Positions 19,021 through 26,441 of a DNA stretch of 64,000 bases are shown here, one piece after another. The position numbers and the translations under genes were made by a program. Within the stretch, counting starts at the first letter, position 1. The number at the start of each line of letters is the position of its first letter. Under the pieces are notes generated by a model. It was not told where the DNA came from and did not search any database. It saw nothing but the letters and a program-made list of their open reading frames with translations. The stretch lies in assembly GCA_963770895.1 (NCBI GenBank), contig CAVYRF010000002.1, forward strand, positions 96,001 through 160,000, in the 5' to 3' direction. This DNA is from an uncultured Acidobacteriota bacterium (lineage in GTDB: Bacteria; Acidobacteriota; Thermoanaerobaculia; Multivoradales; UBA5704).

Positions 19021-20484
19021 CTACGCCGGCGCTCCCGGCGCCGGCACAGGCGTCGGCGGCAAGGCCGACCCCGCCAGCATTTCGCGCACTCCGGCCACCA
19101 GGTCCGCCCGCGGCACCGCCCGCTGGCCCGGCCGCTCGGCCAGCCACTCCAGGCGAGCGCCGACTTTCTTGGCCCGCTCGCGGCCGGCCTCCATATCCTT
19201 GAGCGTGACGATGCCGTTTTCCTTTTCGGTCGAGCCGTACAACAACACGATCGGCACGCCGGTCGCGTCGCCGTATTTGATCTGCTTGCCGACGCCCTTT
19301 TCGACCCCCAGGTAGAGCTCGGCCGGAATGCCGGCGCGGCGCAGCTCCCACGTCATCGCCACGCACTCCCCTTCGAGCGCCGGATCGATGCGCGCCACCA
19401 GCACCTGCGCCGTCGCCTTGCGCCCGCCCGCCCGCCCCAGGTGCTGCAGCGCCGCCAGCAACCGGTCGACGCCCACCGAAGCCCCGGTCGCAGGCAGCCG
19501 CTCGCCCAGGAAGCGCATCACCAGGTCGTCGTAGCGGCCGCCGCTCGCCACCGATCCGAACTGCGGCGCGTCCAGCAGCACCGCCTCGAACACCGGTCCG
19601 GTGTAGTACGCCAGGCCGCGGGCGATGCTCACGTCCAGCGCCACCTGGTCGCCGCCGTAGCCCAGACCGTCCAGCTGGCCCGAGATCCGCTCCACCTGGT
19701 CGATCTCGGGTCCCGCCGCCGCCTGCGCGGCGAAGAACGCCCGCAGCTGCGCGATCACCTGCCCGCGGTCGCCGCTCTGGATGGCCAGGAACTCCTCGAT
19801 GCGCGCCACCTGCTCCGCCGCCAGACCGACGCCGCGGATGAAGTCCCCGGATTCGTCGTGGTAGCCGGTCGTCAGCTCTTTCTTGACCTTCTGGATGCCG
19901 ATCTTTTCCAGCTTGTCCAGCACCCGCAGCACGTCCGCGCCGCCCGCGACCGCCACACCGATCGACCCCAGCAGCGCGTTGAGGATGCCGCGGCTGGAAT
20001 AGCGCACCCGAAAGGCGCCCACCTGGAGCGCCGTCAGCGTGTCGCACAACCCGGCGATGATCTCGACGTCCGCCAGCTCGGACTCCACCCCCACCGAGTC
20101 GATGTCGAACTGGATGAACTCGCGGTACCGCCCCTTGTCCGGCTTGTCCGCCCGCCACACCGGCGACACCTGGTACCGCCGGAACGGCCGCGGCAGGTCG
20201 TTGTACTGCGCCACCACCCGGGCCAGCGGCACCGTCAGGTCGAACCGCAGCCCCAGCGCCTCCCCCTCGGGACTTGCCACGGTGAAGATCGACTGCTGCG
20301 CCTCCTGCCCCGCCGACCCCGTCAGCACGTCCATGTACTCGATCGCCGGCGTCACCAGCGGCGTGAACCCATACAGCTCGTACACCCCCCGGATCGTATC
20401 GATCAGCCCCTGGCGGGCCAGCATCGCCTCGCTCCGCAAATCGCGCAACCCACGCGACAGCCGCGGCTCAACAGCTCCCTTCAT
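19021..20484 (-). CDS. hisS: Histidyl-tRNA synthetase, alphaproteobacterial-like type
   Basis: RGLRD, LRFDLTVPLAR, motif 2 WRADKPDKGRYREF, ARGLAYYTG, GGRYDDL. Insert DESGDFIRGVGL and C-terminal W..ERPGQ extension. Confidence 0.97.
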   Translation of the reverse strand: MKGAVEPRLSRGLRDLRSEAMLARQGLIDTIRGVYELYGFTPLVTPAIEYMDVLTGSAGQEAQQSIFTVASPEGEALGLRFDLTVPLARVVAQYNDLPRPFRRYQVSPVWRADKPDKGRYREFIQFDIDSVGVESELADVEIIAGLCDTLTALQVGAFRVRYSSRGILNALLGSIGVAVAGGADVLRVLDKLEKIGIQKVKKELTTGYHDESGDFIRGVGLAAEQVARIEEFLAIQSGDRGQVIAQLRAFFAAQAAAGPEIDQVERISGQLDGLGYGGDQVALDVSIARGLAYYTGPVFEAVLLDAPQFGSVASGGRYDDLVMRFLGERLPATGASVGVDRLLAALQHLGRAGGRKATAQVLVARIDPALEGECVAMTWELRRAGIPAELYLGVEKGVGKQIKYGDATGVPIVLLYGSTEKENGIVTLKDMEAGRERAKKVGARLEWLAERPGQRAVPRADLVAGVREMLAGSALPPTPVPAPGAPA

Positions 20485-20521
20485 CGCTGATTTTCCTTAC
20501 ACCGCCCCAACCCAACGCGAC

Positions 20522-20603
20522 GGCCCGGCCGCGGGGGGACAACAAGCGGGCGACGAGCCTACAAGACCGCCCCACAACGCGCAAGCAAACCGCCGCGCGC
20601 CCC
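20522..20603. repeat. ~80-bp imperfect direct repeat, copy 1 (left of the 20680 gene)
   Basis: ggcccggccgcggg...acaagcgggcg..agcct.caagaccgc...acaacgc matches 21478-21568. Confidence 0.85.
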
Positions 20604-20679
20604 GGCGAACCTGCGAAAATAGGAGGCAGCAGCGCATCCACCGCCGTCCACCCTCGCCCTTTCCCAGGAGGACCGCCCC

Positions 20680-21441
20680 ATGAGCACGAGCAAAACGTTC
20701 GACCTGGCCGGCATCGTGAAGGCCCTGATCGCCGCGACGGACTGGGTCCACGGAGACCTCCGGGGATGGCAACCTGTCCCGCAGGCGGACAAGACCGACC
20801 GGCAGCTCGAGCTGCTGCGCCGGCTGGAGGCGATCAGCTTCGATCTGCCCCGGATTCCGGAGCTCAAGGCCTGGGCTGCGATGAGCGCCGACGAAATCAA
20901 CGCCATCCTCAAGCGCGAGGGCTTCGAGATCAAGCTCTTGCCGTGGCCGATCGACGGACGGAACTTCGGCGTGGTGGCCATCCTGGACGTCACCGTGGAG
21001 TGGATCGAGGCCGGCGACGGCGCCAAGGAGATCCGCCGCCGAACGGCCGACGGCCAATACGACCACACCACACCCGCCTATCCCGCCTTCGAGCTCTCCG
21101 CCCACCAGAACCGCCTGGAGTGCCTCACCGTGTCCGGGAGCGACCAGCCGCTGGTCCGCATCCCGACCAAGTCCGGTGACGTGGTCTGCATTCACGTAAC
21201 CCCGGACGCGGGACTCGACACCTTCGGCCTGTACGACGCCGTGGCCAGGATCTCGGCGGCAGCCAGGCCGGACCCCGACACCTACGCCAAAGTCCTGGAC
21301 GTGACCATCCCAAAGGTGAAGCTCCGCCAGCAGGTGGACATCTCCTGGATGGAGGGCATGCACATCGGCCGCACCGACCCCCAAGGCGACCCGGACCACT
21401 TCGATCTCCAGCGAGTCCTGCAGGGCCTCGACAACGTGTAG
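20680..21441 (+). CDS. Hypothetical protein, possibly a truncated serpin-like fold
   Basis: SD aggagg and coding-like codon usage. VTIPKVKLRQQVDISWMEGM resembles the serpin lPKFkl...dl segment. Confidence 0.75.
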   Translation: MSTSKTFDLAGIVKALIAATDWVHGDLRGWQPVPQADKTDRQLELLRRLEAISFDLPRIPELKAWAAMSADEINAILKREGFEIKLLPWPIDGRNFGVVAILDVTVEWIEAGDGAKEIRRRTADGQYDHTTPAYPAFELSAHQNRLECLTVSGSDQPLVRIPTKSGDVVCIHVTPDAGLDTFGLYDAVARISAAARPDPDTYAKVLDVTIPKVKLRQQVDISWMEGMHIGRTDPQGDPDHFDLQRVLQGLDNV

Positions 21442-21477
21442 CGCCCGCAGCCGACAAGCGGCCACGAACGGGAGCAA

Positions 21478-21568
21478 GGCCCGGCCGCGGGGACACGACA
21501 AGCGGGCGGCCAGCCTGCAAGACCGCTCAACAACGCAACAAGGCGTAAGCAAGCCGCCCGAGCGCCCC
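21478..21568. repeat. ~90-bp imperfect direct repeat, copy 2 (right of the 20680 gene)
   Basis: Matches 20522-20603 with a short insertion. Confidence 0.85.
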
Positions 21569-21618
21569 AGCCCGCAGCCGTCCAGCCGCGGAGCGCGCTC
21601 GAGCCGAAGCACCGGCGC

Positions 21619-22014
21619 TCAGGGCTGCTCTTCGGCGCCACCCTGCAGCAGGAACTCTCGCAGCGCCACGGCATTGTTGCGCTCCGTGTCGCGCGCCGCG
21701 AACACCAGCGTCAGCGTCCGCCCTGCCGCCGCGGCCCGCAGCTGGGCCAAAGCCGCCCTGGCTTCGTCGTGCGTGCGTAGCTCGTCGAAGTAGCGACGCC
21801 GCATCTCTTCCCACAGCTCCGGCCGATGGTGATACCACTCCCGGAGCGCCGTGCTCGGCGCCAGATCGCGCAGCCACAGATCCAGCCGCGCCGCCTCCTT
21901 GGAAACCCCGCGCGGCCACAGCCGGTCCACCAGCACCCGGCACCCATCCTCGGCCGCCGGCGCCTCATAAGCCCGCTTCAGCCGGATCTCGCGAATCTTG
22001 TGCAGGCGCGCCAT
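21619..22014 (-). CDS. DUF488 (YeaO-like) protein
   Basis: LKRAYE...DGCRVLVDRLWPRGVSKE...LAPSTALREWY...NNAVAL. Confidence 0.93.
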   Translation of the reverse strand: MARLHKIREIRLKRAYEAPAAEDGCRVLVDRLWPRGVSKEAARLDLWLRDLAPSTALREWYHHRPELWEEMRRRYFDELRTHDEARAALAQLRAAAAGRTLTLVFAARDTERNNAVALREFLLQGGAEEQP

Positions 22015-22118
22015 AGAACGCTAATTCCTTATGCGAGACGATCGGCGCAAGGTTTGCGCCAGGTCTTTCCACCAATGGTGATCCGACCGCTGCGCTTGGA
22101 GAGCTCCTTGACAGGCCG

Positions 22119-23123
22119 CTAGCTGTTGCGCGCGTCGTGGGAAATAAAGCGATGGTGATAGCCTGACCAATAGGCATCAAAGATTTCAGGGTTTTTCGCT
22201 TTCGATACGATGAAACATGGGCGCGCGCGATTCTCGGGTTGATATCCATTGGGTGTTAGAACCAGAAAAGCCACTCGGTCGTCCTCGGGGTCTACGAATG
22301 TGACCGAGAACGGGACGAAGGTGACTCGCCTGATGGTGAGCTGATCGGGGCCGAAGCCGGCCGCATTGGCCCAGCTATCCAGGGTTTTGAAAAACTGTGT
22401 TGCCACCTTGAGATCCTCTTTGTAGGCACTCTCGCCTGCTACATACGCCCACGTCCTGACCGCGTGCTCATCGGCAAGATTGCATAACATGATATCCACC
22501 CGACGACAACGATCGGGCATCAGGAAGTCGAAAAGAGCGGTCCGCAACTGCTCCTGACGCGCAGGTGTCTCAGTCAGAAAGAAGTGATTCTGCGCAGCGA
22601 CGAAGATATGCCTTCGTGCCCGCGAGAACAAATCAAAGAATGTGTATGGCGTGTCGGCGACTCGCCTGGCAGCAAGCGCCAACGAAGTACGCTCATGATG
22701 ATCTGTTCCAACGAGGTCTTCTGGATGCGCAGCGGACTCGGGAAAACTATTAATCCAACTTGTCAATTTCTTACCGAGCGTATTAGGTAAATCGCTTTTA
22801 TTGTATACGATCGTTCGCTGATCCTTGACATCGAAGAAGAGGTGCGACGGCGACTGTGCCAATGTGATAATCGGCTTCCCCAAGGCTTGAGCGTAGCCGA
22901 CCTCCAATGCCACATTGGGATTCTGCCCGGTTACATCGGCTATGCAGACTGTCGCTTTCCTTACTTCAGCCATCATTTGCTCAGTAATCTGGCCGGCTTT
23001 CGTGATCTCGTCGGCCCAAATACAGTCTGCTTTAGCAACTTTCGCGCGTTTGACAGCCTTTCGGATTGCTTCACGTATTTCTACAAATTCAGACTTGAAG
23101 GGCATTATTACGAAGATGTACAC
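22119..23123 (-). CDS. AT-richer foreign gene: nucleoside 2-deoxyribosyltransferase/TIR-like N-domain plus DUF5919/PLD-like C-domain
   Basis: FVIMPF...ADE...IADVTGQNPNVALEVGYAQALGKP...FDV motif. SD aagagga before GTG 23123. Visibly lower GC than the flanks. Confidence 0.8.
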   Translation of the reverse strand: MYIFVIMPFKSEFVEIREAIRKAVKRAKVAKADCIWADEITKAGQITEQMMAEVRKATVCIADVTGQNPNVALEVGYAQALGKPIITLAQSPSHLFFDVKDQRTIVYNKSDLPNTLGKKLTSWINSFPESAAHPEDLVGTDHHERTSLALAARRVADTPYTFFDLFSRARRHIFVAAQNHFFLTETPARQEQLRTALFDFLMPDRCRRVDIMLCNLADEHAVRTWAYVAGESAYKEDLKVATQFFKTLDSWANAAGFGPDQLTIRRVTFVPFSVTFVDPEDDRVAFLVLTPNGYQPENRARPCFIVSKAKNPEIFDAYWSGYHHRFISHDARNS

Positions 23124-23552
23124 GTAGACGGTCCTCTTACATATGATTGAGGTGCGATGCGATTTGGGGTGGGTTTCTAATAGTCCGCCTTGGCCCTCGG
23201 CGTGCTCTCGCACATTAGCATATTTTACCGGAAGCCGTGATCGCGGTTCTCTCGGGGAGGTTGCCTACTCCAGCGAGCGCCGTGCCTCAACCGCCGCCAT
23301 TCCATCGCGCCCATCCAGGGCCACGCCAGGACCCGGCCGCGGGCGGACCAGGACGCGCTTCCGAATTCGCCGAGGTGACCACGCGCCGCCCAAAATGGGG
23401 AAGCCGAAGGTGACCGCCCGGCCCTCAGACCTCCGAAATGGGGAGCCGGCCTACGACCGCAAGCGGAAGCACGTAGAATCCCGAACGAGGATCAAGCCGC
23501 ATCCGCGACTGCTGACCGTCGCACTAAATTATTTTGATTCAGACACTTAGAA

Positions 23553-23627
23553 TGGCACCGGTGGTTGGATTTGAACCAACGACCCCCTGATCCACAGTCA
23601 GGTGCTCTCCCCCTGAGCTACACCGGC
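23553..23627 (-). tRNA. tRNA-His (GUG), non-canonical acceptor end (no G-1, G1:U72, G73), CCA encoded
   Basis: Folds as GCCGGTG TA GCTC-AGGGGGA-GAGC A CCTGA-CTGTGGA-TCAGG GGGTC GTTGG-TTCAAAT-CCAAC CACCGGT G CCA (75 nt). Confidence 0.97.
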
Positions 23628-23642
23628 GTATGGGAGCGGGGA

Positions 23643-23672
23643 ATCCTACAATAGACGCTCGCCGTCAGTCAA
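23643..23672 (-). promoter_or_regulatory. Sigma70-like promoter of tRNA-His
   Basis: Minus strand TTGACT-18 nt-TAGGAT, ending 15 nt before G1. Confidence 0.6.
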
Positions 23673-23720
23673 AGCGCCGCGGCGCCGCTGGAGCAGGCAA
23701 GGGCACTGACAGCAAAGAAC

Positions 23721-25220
23721 TTAGCCGAGCTGTGGCAGAACGGGCAGGCCCAGCAGGCGGCGCGCCAGGGGGAGCGGCAGGGTTTGGCCGGTCATCAGGC
23801 GGAACTGGCCCATGGCCTGGCCCAGGAGGACTTCGCGGCCGTCCACGGTGACGGCGCCGAGCGCCGCGGCGGCCACCAGCAGCGGCGTCTGGTCGGCGCC
23901 GTCCCGGCGATAGACCAGGTCGATGACGACCGTGCCGGGCCGCACGGCGGCGACGTCGAAGGGCAGCTCTTCGCCGCGCTCGCCCCGTCCCAGCGGGGTG
24001 GCGTTGACCAGCAGGTCGAAGTCGCACGGCGCCAACTGCGCCAGCGGCAGGCATTCCAGCCCCAGGTGGGCGGCGGCCTGGGCGCCGCGCTCGGGGTCGC
24101 GGTTGAACAGGGTGACGCTGGCGCCGGCGCGGTGCAGGCCGACGGCCGCGGAACGGCCGCCGCCGCCGGCGCCGATCACCGCGGCGGTGCGGCCGGCGAC
24201 GTCGATGCCGCGCTGGCGCAGCGGCTCGACGACGCCCTCGGGGTCGGTGCATTCGGCTTCCCAGACGCCGGCGCGCAGCACCAGGGTGTTGGCGGCGCCG
24301 ATCAGGCCGGCGAGCGGGCTTTCGGCGCCGGCGACGGCCAGGGCGGCGGCCTTGTGGGGGGCGGTGATCGACAGACCCTGGATGGGCAGCCCCAGGGAGT
24401 CCAGGCCGCCCTCCTCGATCACCTCCAGCCAGAAGTCGCCGAAGGCCGGGGCGTCGAAGCCCAGGTAGAGGGCGGGGATGCCCAGTTCCCGGTAGGCGCC
24501 GTTGTGCAGGCGCGGCGACAGCGAATGGGCGACCGGGTGGCCGGCGACGCCGCAGAGCGTGGCGACCGGCGGCAGCGCCGGCAGGCCGTAGTCTTCGCGC
24601 AGCGAGCGGATGGTGGGCTGCCCCGGCGCGACCGGCGCGTCGCCGGCGGCGCCGTAGACGACCGGCGCGCCCAGCCGTGGCGCCAGCAGGCGCGTCCAGG
24701 CGCCCGACGCCCCGGCGGCGAAGGCGATCACGTCCGTACGCTCCAGGCGCTTGAGCAGGGCGAGCGGCGCCAGGTTTTCGCCCGGTTGCCCGGCGGCCGT
24801 GACCAGCTTGTAGAGCGCCGCGTCGGCCTCCGTCAGGCGGCCCAGGCAGGCCTCCAGGGCGTCCACGTCACCGGCCGGGCCGTGCCACGAAATCACCCGC
24901 CGCTCGGGCGGGATGGCTTCCAGGATCTCGGGCCGCAGGTCGCGCGCGCCCTCCAGGTCGAGGCGGTCGTAGCGCGCCGCGGCGTCGAGCAGGCGGCGCT
25001 TGCGGCGTTCGAGCGAGCCCTCGAAGGCGCCCCATTCCGCGCGGCTGCGCAGGGTGTACAGGAGCTTGCCGGGAAACAGGCGGCGCAGCGGCTCGGGATC
25101 GAGGTCGCCGGCCAGGTCGGCGCGCACCTCCAGCCATTGGACCCCTTCCAGGTCAGCCGCCACCGCGGGGGTGAGCGGCGCGCTCAGCGTGGCGACCAGG
25201 GAAGCCTCGGCGGCCGGCAT
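23721..25220 (-). CDS. aroDE: Bifunctional type I 3-dehydroquinate dehydratase / shikimate dehydrogenase
   Basis: LEVRAD, YTLRSRAEWG, ISWH, LYKLV (DHQase I). GHPVAHSLSPRLHN, SITAPHK, GAGGGGR, NATPLG, DLVY (SDH). Confidence 0.9.
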   Translation of the reverse strand: MPAAEASLVATLSAPLTPAVAADLEGVQWLEVRADLAGDLDPEPLRRLFPGKLLYTLRSRAEWGAFEGSLERRKRRLLDAAARYDRLDLEGARDLRPEILEAIPPERRVISWHGPAGDVDALEACLGRLTEADAALYKLVTAAGQPGENLAPLALLKRLERTDVIAFAAGASGAWTRLLAPRLGAPVVYGAAGDAPVAPGQPTIRSLREDYGLPALPPVATLCGVAGHPVAHSLSPRLHNGAYRELGIPALYLGFDAPAFGDFWLEVIEEGGLDSLGLPIQGLSITAPHKAAALAVAGAESPLAGLIGAANTLVLRAGVWEAECTDPEGVVEPLRQRGIDVAGRTAAVIGAGGGGRSAAVGLHRAGASVTLFNRDPERGAQAAAHLGLECLPLAQLAPCDFDLLVNATPLGRGERGEELPFDVAAVRPGTVVIDLVYRRDGADQTPLLVAAAALGAVTVDGREVLLGQAMGQFRLMTGQTLPLPLARRLLGLPVLPQLG

Positions 25221-25457
25221 GGCGCAAGGATACCGGAAGCGCCGCCCTTCCCCGTCTTCGTCACACAGCCGGCGCTTCCACTGCACAACGGACCGTGCAA
25301 GAATGATCTTGTAGCCAGGTGACGGGCAGGGGCCCGCCAAAGCGGCGGTGATCCTTGCTTTGCCGAGCCACCGGCGAGTCGCCTTCGACCAGAAACCGAC
25401 AGATCTCGGCGTTTTCGGGATTGCGCTCGATAACTAGCAGCGTTCTTGGCCTTCGCT

Positions 25458-26423
25458 ATGGATGAATGGGTCGCAGAGCTCAGCCGCCACGGATTGGCGT
25501 TCGTGTTCGCCAACGCCGTGGCCGAACGGATCGGCGTGCCGGTGCCGGCGCTGCCGGCGCTGTTCGTCGCCGGCGCGCTCGCGGCAAAGGGCCTGATCGC
25601 GCTCCTGCCGCTGCTGGTCATCGCCGTCGCCACGCCGCTCGCCCTGGACCTGGGGTGGTTCGGGCTGGGCGCCTGGCGCGGCCAGCGGGTGGTGCGCTTC
25701 ATCTGCCGCATCGCGCTGTCTCCCGACGCGTGCGTGCGCCAGACACGGTCGCTGTTCGAACGCCGCGGCCTGGTGTCGCTGCTGTACTCCAAGTTCGTCC
25801 CCGGCTATTCGCTCGTCGTCCTGCCGCTCGCCGGCGCGGCGCGCGTGCCGATCGGCTCGTTCCTGCTGTGGGACGGCCTCGGCAACCTGGTGTGGGCAGG
25901 GTCGGCGGTGGGCTGCGGCTACCTGTTCCACGACGCCGTCGGCCGCGGCCTGGTGCTCCTGCACCGCCTGGGCCTGTGGGCGCTGGTCCTGGCGATCACC
26001 GGGCTGGTCGCGGTGGTGGCGGTCAAGTGGTGGGAGCGGCGCCGCTTCTACCGGCTGCTGCGCCTGGCCCGCATCACCGTCGACGAGCTGCGCCAGCTGA
26101 TCGAAGGCGGCCAGCCGCCGGCCATCGTCGACGTGCGCACCAGCGGCAGCTTCGCCGCCAGCCACATTCCGGGCGCGCTGCGCATGACCCTCGAAGAGAT
26201 CGACCACCGCCTGGCGGCGCTGCCGCGCGAAGGCGAGATCGTCCTGTACTGCACCTGCCCCGACGAAGCTTCCGCCGCCCGCGTCGCCCGCGCCCTCATG
26301 GACCGCGGCTTCACCCGCGTGCGGCCGCTCGCCGGCGGCCTCGATTCATGGCGCGAAGCCGGCCTGGCGCTCGAAGACGAAACCCTGTCGCTGATGCCGC
26401 CGCTGCACCTCAAGATCGGTTGA
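25458..26423 (+). CDS. DedA/VTT membrane protein fused to a rhodanese domain
   Basis: ERIGVPVPA, SKFVPG DedA motifs. IVDVR, HIPGA, LYCTCPDEASAA, LAGGLDSW rhodanese motifs. Confidence 0.92.
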   Translation: MDEWVAELSRHGLAFVFANAVAERIGVPVPALPALFVAGALAAKGLIALLPLLVIAVATPLALDLGWFGLGAWRGQRVVRFICRIALSPDACVRQTRSLFERRGLVSLLYSKFVPGYSLVVLPLAGAARVPIGSFLLWDGLGNLVWAGSAVGCGYLFHDAVGRGLVLLHRLGLWALVLAITGLVAVVAVKWWERRRFYRLLRLARITVDELRQLIEGGQPPAIVDVRTSGSFAASHIPGALRMTLEEIDHRLAALPREGEIVLYCTCPDEASAARVARALMDRGFTRVRPLAGGLDSWREAGLALEDETLSLMPPLHLKIG

Positions 26424-26441
26424 TCTGCCCAGTTCCCCTAA

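Noticed and set aside
23130-23550. Integrase or ORF (23143-23550) beside the tRNA
   Set aside because: No tyrosine or serine recombinase motifs recognisable in any frame.
23721-25220. AroD-AroE fusion as a novelty
   Set aside because: Bifunctional DHQase-I/shikimate dehydrogenases are already known in several bacterial phyla and plants.
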